From assembly GCA_039715015.1 (NCBI GenBank), contig JBDLIE010000010.1, positions 1 to 64,000 of the forward strand: 64,000 nt of DNA. The letters are read 5' to 3'. This DNA is from Thermodesulfobacteriota bacterium. Its GTDB lineage: Bacteria > Desulfobacterota > Desulfobulbia > Desulfobulbales > SURF-16. Both the position numbers and the translations under genes were made by a program. Shown piece by piece: positions 18,279 through 31,155 of the stretch; the stretch's first letter is position 1; the number at the start of each line of letters is the position of its first letter. The notes beneath the pieces were generated by a model. The model saw nothing but the letters and a program-made list of their open reading frames with translations. It was not told where the DNA came from and ran no database searches.

Positions 18279-19406
18279 CTATGCCAAGGTCCCAAAAACC
18301 AGGTCGTGAAACCTGGGCCTAAAGGCCTTGATCTTGTCGTTGTCGGCGCTTGGGTGGATGCGGTTGGTAAGCATAACCACTGTGATATCCCTATCAAAAT
18401 CATGCCAGAACGAGGTGCCGGTAAAACCTAGATGGCCACAGCTCCTTGGCGAAATAAACTGGCCGGCTGATGAACCAGTCTCAGAAGGGGTATCAAAACC
18501 GAGTCCCCAACTGCTGCCCTTAATTTCGCCCTGACGGCTCATCGCCTTCTTCAAAAGACCTTGGTCTATAAAGGGATGTTTTTTTGCCCCTGAGGCTATT
18601 TCTATAAGATTTCTGACCATATTCAGAACATCTCTCCCCCTGCCAAAGAGCCCGGCCTGGCCACTTACTCCACCTACCACCCAGGTGTTTTGATCATCCA
18701 CCTCACCCCTAAGAACCCTTTGCCGCCAGGGGCATTCTTCGGTGGCGGCAAAATTCGTAACATCTTTTTCCAAAGGATTATAGAGAATTTTGTCAGCCGT
18801 ACCCAAAGGTTGATAGATATATTTTTTCACCGCACCATCAAGGGCCAGACCAGTCTGTTTTTCAACAATCAGCCCGAGAAGGATGAAACCGAGATCGCTG
18901 TAGATGTCCTTCTTTCCTGGGGCAAACTCTAAGGGGCCGTCAAGGATAAGACGAAGTATCTCCGCTTTTCTCTGCTCTTTGGCAATTTTCTCGACAATTT
19001 TATAAAAATGGCGATGGGCAGCCAGACCAGAGCAATGGTTCAGCAGTTGAAAAAGAGTTATCTCCTCTTTGTCTTTTGGTATTTTCTGCTGGAGGAGATG
19101 GCCTAATCGATCATCAAGGCCTATCTTTTTTTGAGAAAGAAGGGCAAATACAGCCAGGCTGGTGGCTAGAGGTTTGCTAAGAGAGGCCAGGTCAAAAAAG
19201 GTTTCCTCCGTTACCTGTTCACTATCATCCCAACTCAGCGTGCCAAAATTTTTTAAGAAAGACTCTTTTCCTTGACTAACAGCAAGAGAACAGCCGGAAA
19301 AAACGCGCTCATGGATGGCTTGGTCTATGAAAGAGGATACTCTGTTTTCTAGGTTCTCGAATGGAGCCATAATGGGTGGGCTGATGAAGTTCTCCTTTGG
19401 GATCAC
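18279..19406 (-). CDS. Serine hydrolase, class C beta-lactamase family
   Basis: FDLASLSK (SxxK), YSDLGF, GHLGFTGT. Confidence 0.88.
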   Translation of the reverse strand: MIPKENFISPPIMAPFENLENRVSSFIDQAIHERVFSGCSLAVSQGKESFLKNFGTLSWDDSEQVTEETFFDLASLSKPLATSLAVFALLSQKKIGLDDRLGHLLQQKIPKDKEEITLFQLLNHCSGLAAHRHFYKIVEKIAKEQRKAEILRLILDGPLEFAPGKKDIYSDLGFILLGLIVEKQTGLALDGAVKKYIYQPLGTADKILYNPLEKDVTNFAATEECPWRQRVLRGEVDDQNTWVVGGVSGQAGLFGRGRDVLNMVRNLIEIASGAKKHPFIDQGLLKKAMSRQGEIKGSSWGLGFDTPSETGSSAGQFISPRSCGHLGFTGTSFWHDFDRDITVVMLTNRIHPSADNDKIKAFRPRFHDLVFGTLA

Positions 19407-20408
19407 CTATTTTATAAATATTTTTCTATACTTGTACTTTCTATCAATGGCTATTCCACCTCCCTTGACCACCGTAACAAGAGGTTCTTTATCCTGTACT
19501 ACAGGAATGCCAAGCTTATCAGTCAAAAAGGTCTTTAGGCCTGAAAGAAGAGAACCACCCCCCACGAGTAAGACACCGTCTTCCATGGCATCTTTCATGT
19601 GTTGAGCGCCTATTTTAGTAAAGGAGTCTTTTATAAAATTTTCAAGAACCTCCAAAGGTTCGCTGATCGCCTGCCCTAATCCAACACTATCAACCTCAAT
19701 GGGGCGAGGGGCATTTGTTTGTATATCTTTACCGGTGAGGGAAAAAGATTTGCCGGCCTCCGGAAGTGCAGAGCCGATGTTTTCCTTACATTTTTCTGCC
19801 GTATATTCGCCAATATGAACACCATATTCATCCCTCAGATGTCTAATAACGGCATCATCAATGGCGTCACCGGCAAAACTTGTTACCCTGCTAAAACTAA
19901 CGGTTGAATTTATAATAACGGCAACCTCACAGGTACTGCCGCCAATATTAATTATAAGCCTTCCCCTGTTTTCGCTGATATCAAGACCTGCTCCCAGGGC
20001 TGCTGCCATAGCTTCGGAGAGAAAAAAAACTTTCGAACAACCAACCTCTTTGGCAGCTCCTCTTATGGCTTTTTTTTCTTCATCTGTAATGGCTGTGGGC
20101 ACAACAAAGACAGCCTTTGATTTCATTTTTTTATTACTTGAAATCTTCTTATAAAATTCTGCCAACATTACCTTGGTAGAAGTAAAATCAACCATGAGAC
20201 CATCTTTTAAAGGCCTGAAGGATTTTATATGCTGGGGGGTTCTCCCCATAAAACCTTTAGCCTCGTGGCCGATGGCTATGGCTTTTTTTTCCAAATAATT
20301 AATAGCAACAACTGACGGTTCATTAAGGATAATTCCTGTGCCTTTCATATAGACAAGGGTATTTGCCGTGCCCAAATCTATGGCCAATTTTTTCTTAAAA
20401 ATGGGCAT
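19407..20408 (-). CDS. MreB/Mbl-like actin homolog (divergent)
   Basis: AIDLGTANT, NEPSVVA, RPLKDG, NIGGSTCEVA, GGGSLL; no mreCD nearby. Confidence 0.85.
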   Translation of the reverse strand: MPIFKKKLAIDLGTANTLVYMKGTGIILNEPSVVAINYLEKKAIAIGHEAKGFMGRTPQHIKSFRPLKDGLMVDFTSTKVMLAEFYKKISSNKKMKSKAVFVVPTAITDEEKKAIRGAAKEVGCSKVFFLSEAMAAALGAGLDISENRGRLIINIGGSTCEVAVIINSTVSFSRVTSFAGDAIDDAVIRHLRDEYGVHIGEYTAEKCKENIGSALPEAGKSFSLTGKDIQTNAPRPIEVDSVGLGQAISEPLEVLENFIKDSFTKIGAQHMKDAMEDGVLLVGGGSLLSGLKTFLTDKLGIPVVQDKEPLVTVVKGGGIAIDRKYKYRKIFIK

Positions 20409-21087
20409 AGTTATATATCTCTATTTTTTTTAATTTTTTCATTCTTTAAGGATTTTTTAAGCCTTCTTAAAAATTACTTTCCCAGCCATGCAAAAAGTAA
20501 GAAATGGGATCATACCATCTCCCTTTCTTCAGACAATATTTTTTAAAAATTAAGGTTTTTTTCGGTCCTTCTTTTCTTCCTTTTTTCACCCCCTAAAAAA
20601 AGGGTCTGCAAAGCCTTATTTTAAAGGGGTTTCCAGAGGGGGTATGGAATTCAAAAAAATGTCGTATTTTTAAGTATTTTTTACACTATAACTTATTGAA
20701 TTTTTTTTAATTTTCGGCTAATATTTCTAACATTTCCACCAGACCTTTTACTTTAAAAAAGAGTTATCTTATCTGTTTGATTTATCGTTATTTTTTGTTC
20801 GTTTAAATTTTTTTTAATTTTAGTGGTGTTTTTTCTCTTTGTTTAAAATCTTTTTATAACCTGTTGATAAGTTTTTCATCCCTTTTTTTAGAAAATTCGC
20901 CAAATATTAAATCTTTATATTTTTTTAAACAATTTTAGATAGTTAGAGTAGATATAAACATATCAACACCCTTAATAATTATAATCTTTTTATTTTAAAT
21001 ATATTTACTACTTAAAACCTCTTGGTAAGTCGTCCTTTTGCCAGAAAAGGATTTAACTGAAAATGTTTTCTATGAGGAGCTGATCAC
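20409..21087. other. Candidate replication origin (oriC)
   Basis: 679-bp very AT-rich gap before dnaN; TGTTGATAA (20862-20870) and ATATCAACA (20960-20968) DnaA-box-like sites, the latter followed by CCC and TAA-type trios; gene orientation flips here. Confidence 0.65.
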
Positions 21088-22218
21088 ATGTCCATCGTTG
21101 TCAATATTGCCAGGGATGATTTGTTAAACGGCCTTGCATCTTTACAAAATATAACGGCCAAGAAAGGAACCATCGCTATTCTTTCCAATGTCCTTATTAG
21201 TACGGGCAATGACCTTGTCGAGCTTACTTGTACAGATCTCGAAATAGGACTCCGTTGCAGCCTACCAGCGGAAGTAATGTCACCAGGAAACATCACCCTT
21301 CCCTGTAAGAAACTTTTTGAGATAGTCAGGGAGGCCGATTGCGACCATATTCATATAGAAGAAAAAGAAAACAGCTGGGTCCAAGTCTCTGTGGAAACCG
21401 GCGACTATAATATTGCCGGTATGGAAAGTGATGAATTCCCTAATTTTCCTGAGTATGACCAGGAAAATCTCATCACAGTAGAAGCAGAGAAACTTCAGGA
21501 ACTTATTGATAAAACGTATTTTTCAATGGCAAACGAGGGAGAGAGTCAATTCACCCTCACCGGCGTTTTGGTTGAAAGAAAAGAGCGTGATAACCAAAAA
21601 TTTCTCCGCTTTGTATCTTCAGACGGCCATAGATTATCCCTTATGCAGGTCCCCATGGAAGCGGATGTGGATTCTTTGACTATCAACAAAACCACCCTCA
21701 TTCCTAAAAAAGGCATCCAGGAGATGCGTAAATTCTGTGAAGGAATGGATGAGGTGTCTTTTGCCATTGAGGAAAAACAGGCAGTTTTAAAAACAGAGAG
21801 CAATATTCTTATTATCCGTCTGATAAATGGTGATTTTCCAGACTATAAGCCCCTTGTCAACGTCATTGACCGGGAAAAATATATTGAGATAGCAAAAGAA
21901 CCTCTTATCCACGCCTTTCGCAGGATGAACCTCTTTGCCGAGGATAAGTTCAATATAGTTCAATTTTCCCTGGTGGAAGGCAAGATAGTCCTTTCATCCC
22001 AGTCCATGGACATTGGTAATGCCAGGGAAGAGATAGACGTAACGTACCATGGTGATGAATTAAAACTGGGCTTTAACGGGAAATATTTCATTGAAACCCT
22101 GTCAGCCATGAAGAGCGATACGGTTCGGGTTTATCTTTCATCCAATGAAAGCCCCTGTATGGTTCTTTCAGCAAATGATCCTGAGTTTATTTCAATCATT
22201 ATGCCCATGCATTTATAA
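21088..22218 (+). CDS. dnaN: DNA polymerase III beta clamp
   Basis: ILSNVL, TDLEIG, SDGHRL, FPDY, GFNGKY, IIMPM. Confidence 0.96.
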   Translation: MSIVVNIARDDLLNGLASLQNITAKKGTIAILSNVLISTGNDLVELTCTDLEIGLRCSLPAEVMSPGNITLPCKKLFEIVREADCDHIHIEEKENSWVQVSVETGDYNIAGMESDEFPNFPEYDQENLITVEAEKLQELIDKTYFSMANEGESQFTLTGVLVERKERDNQKFLRFVSSDGHRLSLMQVPMEADVDSLTINKTTLIPKKGIQEMRKFCEGMDEVSFAIEEKQAVLKTESNILIIRLINGDFPDYKPLVNVIDREKYIEIAKEPLIHAFRRMNLFAEDKFNIVQFSLVEGKIVLSSQSMDIGNAREEIDVTYHGDELKLGFNGKYFIETLSAMKSDTVRVYLSSNESPCMVLSANDPEFISIIMPMHL

Positions 22219-22309
22219 GAGAGATTTTAAGAAATTAAAAAAATATGAGAGGAGGCTATGTAGCTTCCTTTCATAACTTTATTTCTTTTATCTCCTATTA
22301 CTTCTTTAA

Positions 22310-24727
<2,418 letters not shown>

Positions 24728-24795
24728 CTGAAAGAATTAAAGAATGTTGTTTGATTCACACCTCTTTAAACACTTTAGGATACTAAAAAAATAAT

Positions 24796-27294
24796 ATGAC
24801 AACCGAAGAGCAAATATCCCAACCCACCATCAGTATCGAGAAGGAGTTAAAAAAATCCTATCTTGACTATGCCATGAGTGTCATCATTGGCCGGGCCCTA
24901 CCAGATGTCCGCGACGGTCTGAAGCCGGTGCATCGCCGCGCCCTCTTTGCCATGCGGGAGTTGGGTAATTACCACAACCGGCCCTACCTGAAATCAGCCC
25001 GTATTGTCGGTGATATCATTGGTAAGTATCATCCCCATGGTGACAGCGCCGCCTATGACACCATTGTCAGGATGGCCCAGGATTTCTCCATGCGCTACCA
25101 GCTGGTGGACGGCCAGGGTAACTTCGGTTCAGTGGATGGCGACTCCCCTGCTGCCATGCGTTATACCGAGGCGCGGATGACCAAGCTTGACCAGGAGATC
25201 ATCGCCGACCTGGAAAAGGACACCGTTGATTTTGTCCCCACCTACGACAACTCGATGACCGAGCCTTCGGTGATGCCCACCAAGGTTCCCAATCTGCTGA
25301 TCAACGGCTCTTCCGGTATTGCCGTTGGTATGGCCACCAATATCCCGCCCCATAATATCACCGAGGTGGTAAACGGCCTGATCGCCATGATTGACAACCC
25401 CAATATCACGGTCAATCAGCTCATGGAGCATGTCACCGGTCCTGATTTTCCGACGGGCGCTTTTATCTGCGGCCGGGCCGGTATCCGCGAGGCCTATGAA
25501 ACCGGGCGCGGTTCGGTGCTCATGCGGGCCAAGACCCATATCGAAAAGAGTAAAAAGGCCAATAGGGAGTCCATCGTCATCACCGAGATTCCCTATATGC
25601 AGAACAAGGCCAAGCTTGTTGAGAAGATCGCCCTTCTCATCAAAGACAAGCGCATCGAATCGATTTCTGCCCTGCGCGACGAGTCTGATCGCCATGGTAT
25701 GCGCATCGTCCTTGATCTCAAGAAGGATGAGATTGCCGATGTGGTCATTAACCAGCTTTACAAGATGACACCGCTGCAGAAGAGCTTTGGTATCATCATG
25801 CTTTCCATCGTCAACCAGAAGCCGGAGATTCTCAACCTTAAGCAGGTCCTTGAGCATTTCCTCCTCCATCGTAAGACCGTGGTCTACCGCCGCACCGCCT
25901 TTGAACTGAAAAAGGCCGAGGCCCGGGCCCATATCCTTAAGGGTCTGAAGGTTGCTCTGGACAATATCGACGAGGTAGTAGAGCTGATCAAGAAATCAGC
26001 CAATGCCAGGGAGGCCAAGGACGGCCTCATAGAACGCTTTGAGCTCACCGAGATCCAGGCCCAATCCATCCTTGATATGCGTCTCCAGAAACTCACCGGT
26101 CTGGAGCAGGATAAGATCCTTAACGAACTCAAAGAGCTTCTTGAAAAAATCGAATGGTATAACAAGGTGCTCAGTGATGAGGCACTGGTCATGCAGATCA
26201 TCCGCGATGAGTTCAGTGAGATCATCGAGCAATACGGCGATGATCGCCGCTCTGAAATCATTGATGCCCCGGACGAGATCCTGCCCGAAGATATGATCCA
26301 GCAGCAGGACATGGTGGTCACCGTCACCCATGCCGGCTATATCAAGCGTAACCCCATTGATCTCTATCGTTCCCAGCGCCGGGGCGGTAAGGGTGTCAAG
26401 GGTATCAACGCCGTGGAGGACGATTTTGTAAACGCCCTCTATCTGGCCTCCACCCACGACGCCTTCCTGTTTTTCACCAACCACGGCAAGGTATTCTGGC
26501 GTAAGGTCTATGAAATTCCCCAGGCCAGCCGCATTGCCCGCGGTAAGGCCATTGTTAATTTCCTCGAGTTAGCAGAGGATGAGAAACTGGCAGCCATCCT
26601 GCCCATTAAGTCCTTTGCCATGGAAGAGGGTGAGGAGTATGTCCTGATGGTGACCAAGAAGGGCGTGGTCAAGAAGACCATCCTTTCCGAGTTTGCCCGC
26701 CCCATGCGTAAGGGTAAAATCGCCCTGAAGATCCGTGAGGATGACGAGATTATCACCGCCGCACTCACCAACGGCGATAACGAGATCTTCCTGCTCAGTA
26801 GAAATGGTATGTCGGTCCGCTTTAAGGAGCATGACGTGCGGGCCATGGGTCGTACTGCCAGCGGCGTCCGCGGTATTCGACTGGCTGAGGATGATGTGGT
26901 TGTAGCCGCTGAAGTTCTTAACCGTGAGGAATCGATCCTGGTGGTCACTGAAAACGGCTACGGTAAACGGAGCCCGGTTGATCAGTATCGGATTACCAAG
27001 CGTGGCGGCAAGGGTGTGCGGGCCATTAAACCCAGTGTTCGTAATGGTTTAGTAGTCAAGGCCTGCCAGATCACCGATGATGATGAGATCATGCTTATCA
27101 CCGATGGTGGTAAGATTATTCGGATGAATATGGCCCAGATGCGCGTTATAGGCCGGAATACCAAGGGTGTAAGGATGTTCAAGCTTGGTGATAAGGAGAA
27201 GGTGGTGGCCATGGATAAGGTACCGCCTGATAGTGGCAGTGATGAGGAGGAGGGTGAAGAAGCTGATGTGATAGAAGGAGGGGGCGAAGAGTAG
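24796..27294 (+). CDS. gyrA: DNA gyrase subunit A
   Basis: YHPHGD, AAMRYTE, GyrA box QRRGGKG, acidic tail. Confidence 0.98.
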   Translation: MTTEEQISQPTISIEKELKKSYLDYAMSVIIGRALPDVRDGLKPVHRRALFAMRELGNYHNRPYLKSARIVGDIIGKYHPHGDSAAYDTIVRMAQDFSMRYQLVDGQGNFGSVDGDSPAAMRYTEARMTKLDQEIIADLEKDTVDFVPTYDNSMTEPSVMPTKVPNLLINGSSGIAVGMATNIPPHNITEVVNGLIAMIDNPNITVNQLMEHVTGPDFPTGAFICGRAGIREAYETGRGSVLMRAKTHIEKSKKANRESIVITEIPYMQNKAKLVEKIALLIKDKRIESISALRDESDRHGMRIVLDLKKDEIADVVINQLYKMTPLQKSFGIIMLSIVNQKPEILNLKQVLEHFLLHRKTVVYRRTAFELKKAEARAHILKGLKVALDNIDEVVELIKKSANAREAKDGLIERFELTEIQAQSILDMRLQKLTGLEQDKILNELKELLEKIEWYNKVLSDEALVMQIIRDEFSEIIEQYGDDRRSEIIDAPDEILPEDMIQQQDMVVTVTHAGYIKRNPIDLYRSQRRGGKGVKGINAVEDDFVNALYLASTHDAFLFFTNHGKVFWRKVYEIPQASRIARGKAIVNFLELAEDEKLAAILPIKSFAMEEGEEYVLMVTKKGVVKKTILSEFARPMRKGKIALKIREDDEIITAALTNGDNEIFLLSRNGMSVRFKEHDVRAMGRTASGVRGIRLAEDDVVVAAEVLNREESILVVTENGYGKRSPVDQYRITKRGGKGVRAIKPSVRNGLVVKACQITDDDEIMLITDGGKIIRMNMAQMRVIGRNTKGVRMFKLGDKEKVVAMDKVPPDSGSDEEEGEEADVIEGGGEE

Positions 27295-27334
27295 GCCTAC
27301 TAGTTTTATCCTCTTCTTTAAAATAGAGAGGTTG

Positions 27335-27370
27335 AAGCCTCGGTCCTTTTTGGATCGGGGCTTTTTTATT
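27335..27370 (+). terminator. Intrinsic terminator after gyrA
   Basis: AAGCCTCGGTCC..GGATCGGGGCTTTTTT. Confidence 0.75.
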
Positions 27371-27692
27371 GCCTGCAAACAATAAAAGAGGTGGTTGGAT
27401 ATTGGCAGACCTATTTGTCAGAGTTGCTAAGAGTTGTTTTATTCCTTTTCGCCGCTTAGCTGCTACGTGTCAAAGGGCCGATTGTTCAGGGCTGGATGGG
27501 GAAAAAGAACTAACAAAAAAATGGGTAAAATGGTTGACAGCGGACTTGATATCGAGGAACATCCGGACTGATTTTTTTGACAAAACGAAGTTATATCATG
27601 GCGATAAGCATCAATAGGTTTGGGATTTTTTTCACCCAGAGGTCTTGAAGCCTGGTCACGGGTTGCAGTTAAAAAGACAAGGAGGATTATCA

Positions 27693-28079
27693 ATGAATAG
27701 GAATGAAATTTCGCGATATGCCGTAATAGTGCTGGCTGTTTTGGCCATATGCATGACAAGCGGCTGCGCAACAAAGGATACGGTCAGTTCACGTTTCCCA
27801 GCACTGCAAGACAATATCAACGCCGCCAAAAAAGCTGACGCCGAAGTATATGCCCCGGCTCCTCTCAAGTCGGCTGAGGCCAAGCTTGCTGCAGCCAAAC
27901 TTGCTGTCCAGGCCCAGGATATGGTTTCCGCCAACAAGCTTGTGGATGAGGCCATGGCAGATGCTGATTATGCCCGCGCCATGGCCCCCACCGAAAAGGC
28001 CAAGAGCGATGCCATGAAACTGCGAGAATCCATCCAGGCCGTGCGTGAGGAAATCTATCAGCTGCCAGCCGGGAAATAA
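27693..28079 (+). CDS. DUF4398-like helical lipoprotein
   Basis: GGAGG plus ATG at 27693; lipobox TSGC; A..YAP..L..AE.KL..A pattern; paired with an OmpA protein. Confidence 0.75.
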   Translation: MNRNEISRYAVIVLAVLAICMTSGCATKDTVSSRFPALQDNINAAKKADAEVYAPAPLKSAEAKLAAAKLAVQAQDMVSANKLVDEAMADADYARAMAPTEKAKSDAMKLRESIQAVREEIYQLPAGK

Positions 28080-28109
28080 CCACCTGCCCATTCAAAGTGA
28101 GGAATTAAT

Positions 28110-29222
28110 ATGAGTTACCGATGTTTTTTTAGTCAGTTGAAAATCGCAGCCATTGCAATTTCCGCCGGAGCTGTTTTGGCAGGGTGCGCAGGAGTGGCTG
28201 ATAACAGTGAACAGATCGCCAATGAGCGCCTGGAAAGTGCGCGTACGGCATATACCCAAGCAAAGGACAATCCCTTTGTAGAATCGTACTCCCTGAAAAC
28301 ACTTCTTGGCGCAGAAAAGTTATTGAAAGATGCTGAGCAGAAGAAAGAGAAGGTTGATTCTTCCAGTTCCTCGGGCAGTTCCAAAGAGTATAATTATAGC
28401 GAGAAGAAGCGCATTTTTAATGAGATTTCCCGTCTTGCCTATCTGGCAGAGCGTAAATCGCAGACCTCCGTAGCACTGGCAGAGGGAGTCGTGGCGCGCA
28501 ACGAGGTTGTCAAACTGGGCATGGAAAAGGCTGAGATAGAGTTAAAGAAAAGCCAGTTAGAGAAAAAATTGCTCAAGATCGATTTGGATGAAAAAGCCTC
28601 TGATCTTGCGAGTGCAAAGCAGCAGCTAGAAACGGCGAGCAGCGAGGCTGAAAGGGCGAGAATTTTAGCAGATATTCAGGCTAAAGAGGCAGTACTCGCC
28701 AATGCACTGGCTCAGGCAAAAGCCCAGGAGGCAGAAAAGGCCAGGGCTGAGGCTGAGGAGATGGCCAGAGAGGCGCAAAAGGCAAAGGATGAGCTTGCCA
28801 TGCTGATGAAGGAAATGTCGGAGTTGCAGGGGCAATTGACCGACCGCGGTATCGTGCTGACTATCGGTGATGTACTTTTTGCCACTGGTAAGTCTGAGTT
28901 AAATGCCAGCGCCCAGCGCAGTATGGAGAAAATAGCAGAGTTCCTGGAGAAAAAACAGAACCGTAATCTGCTGGTGGAAGGGCATACCGACAACGTTGGC
29001 AGCGATATGTACAACCAGAAACTTTCCGAGCAGCGCGCCGCGTCGGTTAAAATCGCCTTGGAAAAAATCGGCGTTGCCAGTGAACGGATTGTCACTGTCG
29101 GCTACGGGAAAAAATATCCTTTGGCCAGTAATGATACTGCAAGAGGCAAGCAGCAGAACAGAAGGGTTGAGGCCATTATTCTTAATGAGGGTGTCCAGCC
29201 GGAGAGTCAGTTTCGGAAATAG
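28110..29222 (+). CDS. OmpA-family peptidoglycan-binding lipoprotein with coiled coil
   Basis: LAGC lipobox; DVLFATGK, EGHTD, N..LSEQRA, GYG, NRRVE. Confidence 0.9.
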   Translation: MSYRCFFSQLKIAAIAISAGAVLAGCAGVADNSEQIANERLESARTAYTQAKDNPFVESYSLKTLLGAEKLLKDAEQKKEKVDSSSSSGSSKEYNYSEKKRIFNEISRLAYLAERKSQTSVALAEGVVARNEVVKLGMEKAEIELKKSQLEKKLLKIDLDEKASDLASAKQQLETASSEAERARILADIQAKEAVLANALAQAKAQEAEKARAEAEEMAREAQKAKDELAMLMKEMSELQGQLTDRGIVLTIGDVLFATGKSELNASAQRSMEKIAEFLEKKQNRNLLVEGHTDNVGSDMYNQKLSEQRAASVKIALEKIGVASERIVTVGYGKKYPLASNDTARGKQQNRRVEAIILNEGVQPESQFRK

Positions 29223-29319
29223 CTTTAGAACATGACTTGATTACTCTGCTTAATAAGAGGACAGGCCTTTTTTAGGGTGGTCTGACCTTTGTGTTCTGGT
29301 CTTTAGAATAGCGTAGTTG

Positions 29320-29356
29320 GAGCCCCGGTCCTTCTGGTCCCGGGGCTTTTTTTATT
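29320..29356 (+). terminator. Intrinsic terminator after the OmpA gene
   Basis: AGCCCCGG..CCGGGGCTTTTTTT. Confidence 0.75.
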
Positions 29357-29461
29357 TTTAAAAAGGGGGAAATGTATATTGGTACGGATCTATACACTCC
29401 CAGACACCGGACCCATCATTTTTGAGGGTGCATCAACGCCATTTGCTAGGAAATAGCGGCC

Positions 29462-29785
29462 TTATTCCTGGTGACTGAGTTCGCTGGCCCGGATGATGTA
29501 TTTGATCAGGATTTTGAAGTCAGCCTTGTTGAGATGAGTACGGCCGATATGCTCCTTCATGGTCTGTTTCCACTGGCGCGGCGTATACTCGGAAGGCCAC
29601 ATATGGTAATGGCAGCCGGAGCATTGATTAATCAACGATTGGCGGCCCTGGCTGAACTGGGCAAGCTCTGCCTCTGATTGGGGATGAAGGCTCTCGGCCA
29701 GGGGCAGCATCTGCGGGGTGATGGCGGCGGTACAGCCGAGCATGAGAAAGGCGGCAAAGAGCGACAGACCGTGGTGGTTCTTCAT
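29462..29785 (-). CDS. Small monoheme c-type cytochrome lipoprotein
   Basis: MLGC lipobox, CSGCH, P..YT..QW...M pattern. Confidence 0.7.
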   Translation of the reverse strand: MKNHHGLSLFAAFLMLGCTAAITPQMLPLAESLHPQSEAELAQFSQGRQSLINQCSGCHYHMWPSEYTPRQWKQTMKEHIGRTHLNKADFKILIKYIIRASELSHQE

Positions 29786-29836
29786 TTTTTCCCTTTGTGC
29801 AGTAATGACCAGTCGTGTGCAGAGTCAGGTCAGGTT

Positions 29837-30871
29837 TTATTTGTCAAAAAGGGAAAGATAGTCGCCATAGCCCTGTTCTGCAAGCTTCTCCTTGGGGACA
29901 AAGCGCAGGGATGCGGAGTTTATGCAGTAGCGCAGGCCAGTGGGCTTGGGGCCATCGTTAAAGACATGGCCCAGGTGGCTGTTGCCCTTGATGCCGCGTA
30001 CCTCGGTGCGGACGCTCCACAGGCTGCGGTCCTCCACCTCCTTGATGGCCTCTGGTTTCAGGGGCCTGGTGAAGCTGGGCCAGCCGGTGCCCGACTTATA
30101 CTTGTCCGTGGAGCTAAAGAGCGGATCGCCGGAGACGATATCCACATAGATGCCCTCCTTCTTATTGTCCCAATACTCGTTATTAAAGGGCGGCTCCGTG
30201 CCGTTTTTGCGCACCACCTTATACTGCAGAGCGGTGAGCCGCTTTTTTAACTCAGCCTCGCCATCTCCCACCTCTTTTTTCCAGGTTTTTTCGAGAAAAT
30301 CATCACGTCCGGAGCGGTAGCGATAGTATTTATAGCGCACCGGGCTCTCCTTATAATAATCCTGATGATACTCCTCTGCGGCATAGAAGGGCTGGGCTTT
30401 TAGGATGGGGGTAACAATCTTCTTGCTATAGCGTCCGCTCTTATCCAGGGCATCCAGTGAGGCCTGGGCAAGCTGGCGCTGCTCCTCTGAATGGTAAAAG
30501 ATGGCTGTGGTGTACTGGCCGCCCCTATCGACAAACTGGCCGCCGCTATCCGTGGGATCCACCTGCCGCCAGAAGACGTCCAGAAGCTGTTCATAGCTCA
30601 CCTTTTGCGGGTCATACTCCACCTGCACCACCTCAAGATGGCCGGTTCGGCCGCTGGAAACCTCCGCATAGGTGGGATTTAACGTTTTGCCGCCGCTATA
30701 GCCGCTGATCACGGCTCCGACGCCAGGTAGCTTTTCAAAGGGGGCCTCCATGCACCAGAAGCAGCCTCCGGCAAAGGTCGCCTTCTCAAGGCGCTTGCCA
30801 GCCAGTGAGGGGACGGGAAGGGCCAAAAGAAAGAGCAGGGAGCAACATAATTTTTTAGCGAGTCCTGTCAT
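29837..30871 (-). CDS. msrAB: Exported bifunctional methionine sulfoxide reductase
   Basis: Signal peptide; GGCFWC and AEEYHQDYY (MsrA); GTGWPSF, HLGHVF, RYCINS (MsrB). Confidence 0.95.
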   Translation of the reverse strand: MTGLAKKLCCSLLFLLALPVPSLAGKRLEKATFAGGCFWCMEAPFEKLPGVGAVISGYSGGKTLNPTYAEVSSGRTGHLEVVQVEYDPQKVSYEQLLDVFWRQVDPTDSGGQFVDRGGQYTTAIFYHSEEQRQLAQASLDALDKSGRYSKKIVTPILKAQPFYAAEEYHQDYYKESPVRYKYYRYRSGRDDFLEKTWKKEVGDGEAELKKRLTALQYKVVRKNGTEPPFNNEYWDNKKEGIYVDIVSGDPLFSSTDKYKSGTGWPSFTRPLKPEAIKEVEDRSLWSVRTEVRGIKGNSHLGHVFNDGPKPTGLRYCINSASLRFVPKEKLAEQGYGDYLSLFDK

Positions 30872-30928
30872 GGTGGTTAACCTCCCGATAATAAAGGTTT
30901 TTTAAATTTTTATGATTTGCTTTAAATT

Positions 30929-31061
30929 CTTAATATAATCTTAACATTTCTCTGCCATAGTTCTCAGTTCCTATGAATGAGGACTGGTTGGTCGCCTGAA
31001 TGTTCCGTTGATAAGGCATTAGCCATGCAACCGTAATGTTTTTTTAATATTTTCATAACAT
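30929..31061 (+). promoter_or_regulatory. Putative Pho-box-like 11-bp-phased direct repeats
   Basis: TTAATAT/TTAACAT at 30930 and 30941; GTAATGT/TTAATAT/ATAACAT at 31033, 31044 and 31055, upstream of pstS. Confidence 0.5.
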
Positions 31062-31155
31062 GGGCCTGGCAATATGCCCCCGTATCTATGATTACGGGCC
31101 AGAAACAGCCCGTCACAGGCATCATTCGCCGTCATATAAAACAGGAGAAACTGCC

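Noticed and set aside
29837..30871. Possible Sec in MsrA or MsrB
   Set aside because: Catalytic positions are Cys (GCFWC, RYCINS) and there is no in-frame TGA
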